In this document: positions 13,916-24,789 of the stretch, in pieces
How the letters are laid out: each line of letters starts with the position of its first letter
Position numbering within the stretch: the stretch's first letter is position 1
Source: Raja brachyura
Lineage: Eukaryota
NCBI GenBank assembly: GCA_963514005.1
Contig: OY740788.1
Location: 42,594,001 to 42,658,000, forward strand
Direction: 5' to 3'
DNA length: 64,000 nt
The notes under the pieces: model-generated
What the model was told of the DNA's origin: nothing
What the model saw: only the letters and a program-made list of their open reading frames with translations
The model's database searches: none
Translations under genes and position numbers: made by a program

Positions 13916-14029
13916 GTGGCGTCCAGGAACTCACCACCTTCATCTTGACATAAGGAGATAGTACATAAGGAGGTACATAGAGGAGTGCCTGAAGCTAGTG
14001 TTGCAGTTTGTTGAATATGGCATTTGAAA

Positions 14030-14260
14030 ATAGAACATAGAACAATACAATAGAACGGGCCCTTTGGCCCACAATGTTTGTGCCAGTTCAAACCGATCTC
14101 ATTCATGACCCATATCCTTCTACCCCCTGCACTTCCATTTGTCTATCCAAAAGCTTCTTAAACGCCACTATTGTATATACATCTGCCACCACCCCGTCAA
14201 TGCATTCCAGACCGTCACCATTCGCTCTGTGAAATACTTGCCCGCACTGCTCCATTAAAG
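14030..14260 (-). mobile_element. CR1/HER1-type LINE 3' end, diverged
   Basis: TAGAACATAGAACAATAC...GGGCCCTTTGGCCCACAATG...CATATCCTTCTACCCC; same family as 9140-9460. Confidence 0.7.
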
Positions 14261-15024
14261 ATGCATTCACTGACCTTGACAACTACAATAAGGTCATGAA
14301 AATGTCAACATGCCACATTCAGGTCTTTGGGTTTGAATCTTGGGATTAACCTGCAGGACTATCTGTCCCCATTATATTTTCTTTTTGTATCTGATGCCCT
14401 CCTAACCCTCTGCCAAAACATAATTTCCAACTCCTCCGCCTATGCTACCTTTGAAAGACTGTTCGCAAACCTCAGAGACCCCGCCCTCTCCAAAGTGGCA
14501 CTGGTCCTCACTGTTTCCCAGAAAGCAACCATTGTTGAAGACCTGCTCGCATTTAATTCAGAAAAAAAGCACCTTTTCTTTAGGAGGGTAGACGAACTTC
14601 AAGCAGTGCAAGCTCGTTTTAAATAGGGCTTTCCACCATAGGCTTTGACCCTTGTAGAAGCATCCTCCTAATGAATAGCTCAGTTACCAGACTATTTGAC
14701 GCGAGCATACCACCTACAATATATTGAACAGGCTCTAAACAAGTACATTGTGATGCACCTTCCATCTTCATTCCCAAACTCCTAAACTCAACTTTTCTCA
14801 TAGGCTTTCAAAATCAGTTTCCTAAATATTTATTAAGATATCATGACTTTAGGAATCATTCTTATTTTGTTATAAAATATACTATATATACTATATATTT
14901 TTAAATATATATTTATCATTTTTTCAGTGTATTGTAATTTGCCTTTATGAATATATATTTTTTCCATGCAAATGTTGTGACTTTCAAGTTTCAAATTTTG
15001 GCTTTTCATCAGTTTTTAGAATAC

Positions 15025-15111
15025 GCTTTGTCTTTCTGCTGTCTGGATAGCATGCAACAAAAGTTTTTCACTACACCTCAGTATACGTGACAATAAACTA
15101 AACTGAAACTA
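15025..15111 (+). mobile_element. LINE 3' end fragment
   Basis: CTGGATAGCATGCAACAAAAG...GTGACAATAAACTAAACTGAAACTA; its reverse complement matches 32051-32150. Confidence 0.6.
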
Positions 15112-16756
15112 GATCTAATATATTAAAACTTGACAGTCACAACAACATTTGCACGAAGAAAAATATATATATTTCATAAAAACTGCCTCCCTGTCAAACA
15201 GACAAAATGAACAGGAAGATTTGGCAGCAAATAGGTTTTAGCAGGCAGCTTTATTTTAACATATTTGATTAAATGGTTTCACATAGCTCCTTTGATCTGA
15301 TACAGCAGAGTGAAAAATACACATCTGGTTTATTATTTTAAATTATCCATTTTACAAGCGGCACAGGGATGAAAAAAGTATTTTTTTAAATTTCATAGGT
15401 CACATGGAATCCAGCAAGGCATCTCGTACAATTTATAATCAACCAGCAGCGGCAGATACTGCTCCGTGCCCAACTAATATGTTACCTTGCATGTTGTTAT
15501 TTTGTACATGGAATAATGCAACATTGCACATGTGTGTTATCATCTTTAACTAACTTATTTTTCAAATGGAACAATTTAGCAAATCCAGCATCTTCCATCT
15601 CTTTGTTAATTTTGGCCTCATTTCCCTTCCCCGGAGGGTGATCATCTCCCTTTGGGAGAAAATCTATGGATAGCAGAAACAGCTTGCCTCTGTGACCTGG
15701 GGCTTTACTGCAGTGGCTTTGGAACTACCAGATGTCAACTCTGTCCCACCTTCTAAAATGACTATTCCTTTTTTTTTTAAATCCTGTTCAATTTGTATTC
15801 AATATACCTCACATAAATTCTTTCGGGATTATGGTCAACTTGTGTCTGTCTACAAATATATCTTAATGAATAATATATACATTTCTTGCTTTTAAAAAAA
15901 AAATCTCCCGATTTGTTATTGTTTTCCATTTACATACAAAAGAATGAGTGACATTTTAAGAATATTGCAGCACAATTAATAATTAGAACATTTCAATGAA
16001 TTATCCCTCACCAATAAAACAAAACACCACAACCTATGTTGCCTGTTCAAGCAGAGATGGCTAAACATTCCCCAGTGACAGTACAGACATGATGAAGTTT
16101 ATGGTCATACATTTCAGGTTAAAATGTGCGCTATGTTGAACTAGAATACTCAACAATAAAACCTTCAATTTACTTTGGACGATAAAGCATCCAAGACTTA
16201 TCACTCTCTCTCACATTGTTGGAGGCAAAGGCTATTAAAAATTGTATTATGTTCTATAGTTGATTCAAATTGTAGATTTTAAATATTGCATTTTAATTTT
16301 ACAGAATACGAGTCTGATGGCACTGCAGACGTGCAGTCTGAAAAGAAAGTCAACTAAACAGTAAAATGTATATTACACAATATGTAATATGTTTTTTTCT
16401 CATGGGTAGACATACTGTAGGAAGCCTAAAACGTGTGGCCATCCTTGAGTAAAAATATAACATTGACCTAGAAGTTTACCTGCACTGTTTCTCCAACATT
16501 ACAATGATGATCGCAGTCTCCTCGATACTATTTTAAATAGCTTAAAATCATGATGAACCATGTCAGTCCCAGTTCCAAAACGGCACGAGTGGATCCTGTC
16601 ATGTCATGCTGCTCTACTCAATTGGTGTTAGTGGTCAAATTTCCGATGTTGGAAAAACCCTTCCTCATAGCTCTGACCACAATATAACCAACATACTTTC
16701 AGCTTCTGGAGAGAGTTGGCAAAGAATGAAAGTGGGTGTGGTGGCAGAGTCAACAA

Positions 16757-17078
16757 ACAATAGACAATAGGTGCAGGAGTAGGCCATTTGGCCCTTCGGG
16801 CCAGCACTGTCATTCAATGTGATCATGGCTGATCATCCCCAATCAGTACCCCCTTTCCTGCCTTCTCCCCATATCCCCTGACTCCGTTATCTTTAAGAGT
16901 CCTATCTAGCTCTCTCTTGAAAGTAACCAGAGAACCAGCCTCCACCGCCCTCCAAGGCAGAGGATTCCACAGACTCACAACTCTCTGTGAGAAAAACTGT
17001 TTCCTCATCTCCGTTCTAAATGGCTTACCCCTTATTCTTAAACTGTGGCCTCTGGTTCTGGACTTCCCCAACATCGGG
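16757..17078 (-). mobile_element. CR1/HER1-type LINE 3' end
   Basis: LIETYKIIKG...TRGHSLRIRGKPFRTEMRKQFFSQRVVSLWNPLP...FKRELD is the typical CR1 ORF2 C-terminus, followed by a 3' UTR and a CTATTGT repeat tail. Confidence 0.92.
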
Positions 17079-17448
17079 AACATGTTGCTTGCCTCTAGTG
17101 TGACCAAACCCTTAATAATCTTATATGTTTCAATAAGATGTTTCAATAAGTCAGAGACCAACTTTGGGAGCTTCAAGTCGCAGGAACTTCGACCGCCCCG
17201 ACGCGGGAGCTTCGATCACCCCGACGGATGATTCAACTGCCCTGATAGCGGGAGAATAAAGAGGAAGGAGATTGGACTTTATTACCTTCCATCACAAAGA
17301 GGAATGTGGGGAATCCGCTGTGGTGGATGTTTATGTTAACTTTTATGTAGTTGTGTTGTTGCTTTTCTTTAGTATGGCTGTATGTTAATTTGCATATCAC
17401 TGTACCATAATTGGTACACGTGACAATAAAATACCTTTGAAACCTTTA
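17079..17448 (+). mobile_element. Non-LTR retroposon 3' fragment (family uncertain)
   Basis: Internal repeats (GGGAGCTTC[AG]A) and the end GGTACACGTGACAATAAA followed by ACCTTT repeats; same tail type as 3280-3522, 15025-15111 and 32051-32150. Confidence 0.55.
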
Positions 17449-17464
17449 GAGCACAGTTGTGAAT

Positions 17465-17730
17465 GAGATTCATAGTTATACAGTATGGTAAAAAAGTTCC
17501 TTCATCTCACCTCTTCCATGCCAACCAAGATGTCTATCTAAGTTAAACCCATTATGTCTCCAAAACTCTCCTTCTTATGTGCCTATCCAAATGTCTTTTA
17601 AACATTGTAATTGTACCTGACTCTACCACCTCCTCTGCACTTGTTCCATACACCCACCATCTTATGTGCGAAAAGATGACCCTCAGATTCACTCAAAATC
17701 TTTCCCTTCTCACCTTAAATCTATGCCCCC
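17465..17730 (-). mobile_element. CR1/HER1-type LINE 3' end, diverged
   Basis: CCTATCCAAATGTCTTTTAAACATTGTAATTGTACCTGACTCTACCACCTCCTCTG...CTCACCTTAAATCTATGCCC. Confidence 0.7.
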
Positions 17731-17959
17731 CAGGATGCATATCCTGCATTGACATTATTGTGGCAGTAATCATTAATTAGTGATTTGTCCCTATGAAGTC
17801 TGGGTGGGGATGGGTATTGGTGGCACCTCTTCTGTCATATGTCCTTTTCCTGTTTTTCCCCCCCACAGAGTACATCAGACTGACACACAGCTACATTCTT
17901 TTTGCAGGATTTCTTTGAGAATTTCTGGCCTCTTAATTCTAAGGGGAACCTACTAAAAT

Positions 17960-18115
17960 CAACTTAAAAGACATTTGGGCAGGTACATGGATCGGAAAGG
18001 TTTAGAGGGATATGGGTCAAACGAACATGGGTGGGGCTAATGTAGTTGGGATATTTTGGTCATTATGGGCAAGTAGGCCTGAAGGGCCTTTTTCCATGTT
18101 GTATGCCTCTGACTC
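17960..18115 (+). mobile_element. LINE 3' UTR fragment
   Basis: AAAAGACATTTGGGCAGGTACATGGATCGGAAAGGTTTAGAGGGATATGGG...GAAGGGCCT; shared with 21505-21725. Confidence 0.7.
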
Positions 18116-19698
18116 TTATAAGAGTCTGGGATTCCAGTTTGGGGAAGTAACTGTGATCCCAGTCATTGACTGTGATCTATTTTAGATTTGTTTTTGTAGT
18201 GAGATGAACTGTACACTACCTGTCTGTGGGACAAATATTTTTGACCATTTATTTAAATTATATTCATGTTCAGCCTTCAGCAGTATTAAAAGCTGCTAGT
18301 CCAAGGAATGAATAAAAGCAGTCACTATTAAATTCAATGTGATGCAATGTCTCATCAAGAACAAATTTTGGAGGTTACACCGTTATTGCCGTCACTTGAG
18401 TGATCTGGACAGTAGAAAACAAAAAGACGTCTGGGCTACATAAAATTCTCATAACGAAGTTTACACGCTTTTACAGATTGATGTTAAATCTCTGACAAAT
18501 ATATGCAAACTTGGTTAATATCACATCACGTTTTTTTTCTGCACATCAGTTATTCTGTTGCTGTGCATTCAAATTTCTGGGCCATTGTATTTATTTCAAT
18601 CCAACTGTAGTCTCAAATTCAAATGTTTTCGAGCATGCATTTTACAAAGGTTGCAGTTCTGTTGCCTGAGACGACTTGTGCTTTGAACTTTCTGATGTAC
18701 TATCATGGGGGTCCCAGCAGGGAGTGAGATTTACATTGCTCTCTTGAATTATACTGGGGCTTAGGGTGTCAGGGCAGTGTACTTGCAGCAAGGGTCACTT
18801 AGCATATATCATATTGCTGAGTCTTCCACTTAATGCAAACAGTTACCACCAGAGCTTCACTTTACAGTTTGTTGAAAATGGAAAGCTTGCCTCTTTAATT
18901 GTCGAGCTTTAAAAAAAACTGCATTAAGTTGGATGCCACACTGACAGTACTTATATTGCAAGTGGTGTGAAGCGCCAGCAATATACTGTAGTATAGTCAC
19001 TTGGACTGCTGTAGTTTCAATACAGCACCAATAAAAAAAGTGGGGATATTACTTGTTTTAGCATTATAGGGGAATTATATTTTTATAGCAGGAAAATAAA
19101 AAGGCAATTTAAACAGCATTTCCTAATTCAAGAAGCAATTTTAGACAGAAAGCCGAGAGGAAAAGTTATGAACGTAAATACCACTGAATTCAAAACAGTT
19201 AGCTATATGAAATGGAAATAAAAACCATGGCAAAAATGTGTTAGGTGCAGTGCATGTTATAAGGTGGTCTTCCACCAGGAATACATTCTTGGAAATGGTT
19301 CTCTCTAGTTAAAGCTCCATCTCCTGATAGATTTGAAAGTGATTACGCATGTAGTTTGTCTTGAATCCATTGGGTACATATCACCTGTCTCTACTCTAAC
19401 ACTGTTTGCATGATACATTATTGCCCAGGGTAATAAAGACTTCTGCTAGAGTAAATTCCTTCATCTTACTGTCACATTCTGCTTTCCAGGTAATGCTGTC
19501 ATTTTCACTAGCAGTAGATTATCTCAGTCTACCATTTGTGTATAAATAAAATTAAAGGATTCCCACACAGAGGGCAGAATCAGCCAGGATTAGATTTTAA
19601 CTAGTCCGCTCCATGACGCAGTACTTGTTTCAAAGAAACTGTCTTTTGTGAAAAATAGATACTCGAAACCTTACCAAGTACACATCCAATATTTTTCA

Positions 19699-19800
19699 AA
19701 GACACAAAATGCTGGAGTAACTCAGCGGGTCTGGCAGTATCCCTGGAGAACATGGATAGTTGAAATTTTGACTTGGGGCCCTTCTACAGACACTTCAGAC
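19699..19800 (-). mobile_element. Penelope pLTR-derived fragment
   Basis: AGACACAAAATGCTGGAGTAACTCAGCGGGTCTGGCAG...CCCTTCTACAGAC. Confidence 0.7.
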
Positions 19801-20617
19801 TCTTCATCAATATGTACCAGATATTGTACAAGGTGATACGTTAATGATAATTGGTTGCACAGATTGGGCATTTACTCTAACAAAATAATGTTGCAATTAG
19901 AATTTGTTTAGCAATGGCAGATAAAACAGAAAGTTATTGTAAAACAATCAAAGGACACTATTGTAGATGAGCAATTGTTTGACTGAAGGTCTTAAACATA
20001 TCAAAGGGTTATATATTTTATGATGCTGATTAGATCAAGGAAAATCTGTTTATAAAAAAATCGTTTTTATTGACACCAGTGTATGTATCATCCCTTCGCG
20101 AGAAGGCACGAAACTGACAGTTAAAGCTTACCACAGGGACCTGATGATAAAACCGTTATCCAGAAGCACTGGCTCGGGCACTTACATATATACACATATA
20201 AGGAGGCTCAAATATCCCCTGTCCTTCATTGCAACAAGAGGTATTTGTAACTGCCACCCAGCTCTGTGGTAATGTTGCATTGGTGTTATTAGTCTAGGGT
20301 AGAGTGATAGAGTGCCATAGTCATATAGTGTGGAAACAGACCCTTCGGCCCATCTTGCCCAGAATGACCAAAAACATTAGTCCACCTGCCTGCGATACAG
20401 TCAGAGTTATTAAAAAATGAAAGCCGGTCAGGAAATCAGGAAAATATAAAATGTGGAATAAAACATGGTATTAAATATAACCATGGAAGCTTGAAATGTT
20501 TTTTTTATATCGAAGTATATAATGACCAAGGAGGTAAAAGAGTATATTTTAGAAATCCCAAGTGCTGAAGGAAATCAGTGGGTCAGGTCGCATCTGAGAA
20601 AGGGATGCTCAGAGCAA

Positions 20618-20745
20618 TCTGAAGGTGGGTCCTGACATGAAATGTCACCTGTCCATTCTCTCCACAGATACTGCCTGACGTGCTGAGTTCAACCAGCATC
20701 TTGCGATTTAAACAAGATTCCAGCATTTGCCATTCTTTGTGTCTT
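20618..20745 (+). mobile_element. Penelope pLTR-derived fragment
   Basis: TCTGAAGGTGGGTCCTGACATGAAATGTCACC...CTGCCTGACGTGCTGAGTTCAACCAGCAT. Confidence 0.65.
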
Positions 20746-21504
20746 CCTTTTAAAATATCCAACTGGCTCACTAGTATCCTCAACTGTCCTGTGCTATAAG
20801 TGACTCCAACCCCATACCATTGTTGCCGACTCTTAACTGACTTGTGAAGTGACGTTGAAGTCATTCAGCAGTTTAGCATTTTTTCAGGACAACTATTGAT
20901 GAGTAATGCATGCTGATTCCACCAGTGATACACACTTCCTAAGAACAAATGGGAATAAAAAGAGAATCTGGCAGAATGTAGATGGGACTCTTTGCAAAAA
21001 TTCCCTTGACAAGTCTTGGAGGAGCCTGTAAATGGATGCACATTCTGTCGGTACAAGGAAGCTGTGCACTGTTCAAAAGAAGCCTCTATAAATCCACGTG
21101 CCCCTGGCCGGGCTCGACCATCAAAGGATATTGAAGGGCTGGTAATATAAAGATTGCACAAACTCATTTCCAATTGTCAAATAAAATGAATGAACTAAGT
21201 AGTATATTTGTATGGTCCATATAATAGAACACTAAAATGAGAAATGTTGTTAAGTTAGAAAAGCAATCTGGTATTTCAGCTCATCATCAACTTCTGGATT
21301 GACACCATGATGAGTATCTTCACCATATCTTCACCAGACCTCTGGGTCAATCTGCTCATGCCAATAAATCCAGAATACTTGGGAGCCATCTCAAGCTATG
21401 CAGAAGAAGCCTACTTCTGAAAATGATTTAATCCTTGCAGCATTGGTTTCCTGAAGTCACTCACCAAATCTATTTTGAAAGCAAGTTCAACTCATCAATT
21501 CATC

Positions 21505-21725
21505 TGAAGATGATGAGGGGAAAGATTTAATAGGAATACGAGGGGCAACTTTCTCACACAGAGGGTGTTGGGTAGAAATTATAACAACATTTATAAGACA
21601 TTTAGACTGGTACATGGGTAAGAAAGGTTTGGAGGGATATGAGCCAAATGCAGACAGGTGAAACTAGTACAGATAGGGCAAGCTGGGCCAAAGGGTCTGT
21701 TTCCATGCTATATGACTCTATGTCA
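21505..21725 (+). mobile_element. CR1/HER1-type LINE 3' fragment
   Basis: GAGGGGAAAGATTTAATAGGAA...CACACAGAGGGTG...GGGCCAAAGGGTCTGTTTCCATGCTATATGACTCTATG. Confidence 0.75.
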
Positions 21726-22297
21726 CTTAATGGCTCTGTCAACTAAATTGCTTTCTCTCTTCATCCGCAATATTAAATCAGCCGGTTTTGGGAGATAAAC
21801 ATCACTTATTTTAAGTTGTAATTATATTTGATGAATGGCTGCTCTTCTAGATGAAGACAGCTCTTACTGTGGCCATTACACAATACCCTTTGAGGAGGTG
21901 CCCCAAATTTGTTTGGGTTCAGCAGGGTAAGGGTAAATAGATTTCAACATACACACAAAGTGGTTCATTTAATACTTATGAAGAGTGCAATTATTTCAAT
22001 TTACACCACTGGTTAATTGTGAAACACCGATGAATACCAATACAATAAACAAGCATGACATTCAAACCTTTAATCAAGTGGATGATCATTAGTCAATTAA
22101 TGTTATCAATTAATAACTAGTTAATTGAGCACCTCTTCTCACACCAATAAACATCGTCTGTTTGAGAATTTGGCTGTAGGTTGGAGTTTCACTAATTACA
22201 GTTTTACCAGATAAAAGGCGGCAAAAATCTAATGCAAACTGCCTAGAAATTCATCCCTGGTTGGTAGTTTTGCCTACCATGTCAGCATATCATACTA

Positions 22298-22615
22298 TGT
22301 AGAAACAAGGAACTGCAGGTGCTGGTTAATATACAAAAGGATACAAACTGTGAGAGTAACTCAGCAGGTCAGGCAGCATCTCTGGAGAACATGAATAGGT
22401 GATGTTTTGGGTAGAGACCCTTCTTCAGAATAATTGTATGGGGGGGGGGGGAGAGAAGAAAGCTAGAAGAAGAGAGAGGCAAGACAAACAAAGCAGTGGA
22501 TACAGGTGAGGGGTTTTTGATAGGCACATGATTGGAACAAAGGTCAGTGATAAAAGCAGAAGGTGTGAATCAGGATTAAAGAGTAGTGAATTGTGAAGCC
22601 AGAAGAAAGTAGGAT
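22298..22615 (-). mobile_element. Penelope pLTR-derived fragment
   Basis: On +: TGTAGAAACAAGGAACTGCAGGTGCTGG...GTAACTCAGCAGGTCAGGCAGCATCTCTGGAG...GACCCTTCTTCAG, then a G-run; homologous to 43570-43777. Confidence 0.75.
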
Positions 22616-24678
22616 CTATTCTTTCCAGTGAGTCAATCAAATGGAGACTGAGTGGAGTGAAGTCCCAGTTAAGAACATTGTTTTTATCACTTTCCATGAT
22701 CTTTATTTAAATTTAAATGTAGTTTTACAGAAAAAGATAATAATGTACAAACAAATGACCTGTGTGAATTGACAAGCAGATCTCCAGGACTATTGCTTTC
22801 ACAGAAGCAGAAGTCGGCTGTTCTCATCTCACCATCCATTAGTTCAATGAGCCTCTGATGCATCAATAGGTGCAGGTGTAGGCCCTTCGGCCCTTCGAGC
22901 CAGCACCGCCATTCAATGTGATCATGGCTGATCATCCCCAATCAGTACCCCGCAGGCAGCATCTCTGGAGGACTCTGTGGATTCTATCCGCAGAGTCCTC
23001 TATTTTATGTTGTGCTGCAGAGATGAAACTTTAACATCTTGTGTGAGTTCTTGCTGACTACACATTCATGCTGACTCTCCTATATTGAGAGTGGAATCTA
23101 CTCATGTGACCTGCCTCGCCTTGATTGTACCTTTTGCCTCGGCCTTCTTCATCCCTTAGTTTGTAAATCGGCAGGAAAAAAAAATGTTTACAAATGGGGG
23201 ATTAGGGTAATGTGTTTATTGTCTCTCCTCAGACATTGAGAAGCTGTGTTTCACGCAGCCCTGACAGAAACTGACAAAATGCATCACACTTGAGGCTGAA
23301 GAAATTCAAGTGTCGGGTGGCCCTAGGGCTCTAACCTGCAACCTCTAAATTCTTATCACTCGACCACTGGATTGTTGTAGCCATTATTCTCAATATGTCT
23401 TCCCCAATCAATATTTACTAATTCTGTTACAGCAAGGCTGTCCCATTAATGTATGGGTGGGAAGCATTAAACAGAAATGCACTTGTGGACTATTTATCAT
23501 CCTGTAAAGCTTGAACTTTAATGGTCCAAATGTAAAACATTTAATATTTCCAATAATTCTCGGCAAGGAACGGGCACATAAAAGTCACAATGCTTAATAT
23601 GTGGCCATCAACCTAACTTCTGGTTAACTTTATATTTTGGGGAGGGGTTGTTGGGAACGAGGCGACTGTATAAATCCTAAGTGGCTGTGGACACAGACAC
23701 CATTAAAGCTAAAGTGAATTGGATAAAGAGCTGTACAAAATGATTATCCCAAGCTTATTCTGCTGTCACTATTCTGTTTAAATAGCACTTTCAGAATTAA
23801 CATAGAAATAGCCTTTGGAATGTTAATCTTCCAATATGATTCTTTATGAACTCAACATAGATTCAAAATGCTTCTTTTCATTACTTACACAGCATTTCAG
23901 AAAATAAAACAGTGGTCCATATTTTGTTGCATGTCTTTACTAGGTGTTGCCGCTATTATAAAATGGCAGTATGCGAACAATTATTTGTTAATGCTTCCCT
24001 GAACCAAATGGAACTACCACAGAGAAAAACTGTGCACAAGAGCAAAAAAAAAGGTTAGTGTGCAATGCCTCTACAACTTCAACTATGGTACGAAACATGT
24101 GCACAGACCTCTTCCCTGGGCAAAGGAACTAAGGTTGCAGTCAGACATATCACCAAACATGCCAACTAGCCAAAATGAAAACAGTTGCCACTGATCTGAT
24201 ACGAGTGGCAGCAGTCGGATTTCAGTATTAAGGAGGCATGACTGTTCTGCTCATGAGATGATCGGTTCAACTAACAGTCTGTGGAGATAGCAATGTTGAC
24301 AGTATAAATCCAATACAGTGAGCTTGATGTAACCTTTGGCAGAATTTAGCCCAATCAAAATTTAACAAAAAATAAATACTTTTAAACTGACTACAGCAGC
24401 TATAATTGTGTAGGAAGCCTGAGTATCACAAATTGTTCTTGTTGTTCACATATTTTGGCTGTATTGTACACTGTACACCGTACACTGACAACAGGGTGAT
24501 TTGACAAAATCACTCCTTGACACAAACCTGTAAACTAACCTACTCCTCTTGGGTTAAAGTATTGCTAGCAAATCCTGCACATCATAGTCCATTAGAGAGC
24601 CAACTTTTATTCATAATGAAACAATTGTATTGAAAGTGGAATCTATTGTTGTGATGTTACTCAATATAACCTTATCCA

Positions 24679-24789
24679 GTCTTATCCAGACTTATGTCTG
24701 AAGTAGGGCCTCGGCCTGAAATGTCACCCATTCCTTCTCTCCAGAGATGCTGCTGCCTGTCCCACTAAGTTACTCCAGCATTTTGTGTC
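24679..24789 (+). mobile_element. Solo Penelope pLTR fragment with 14 bp TSD
   Basis: TSD TATAACCTTATCCA (24665-24678, 24790-24803); decayed hammerhead core CTGAAGTAGGGCCTCGGCCTGAAATGTC followed by CCAGAGATGCTGC...GTTACTCCAGCATTTTGTGTC. Confidence 0.8.
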
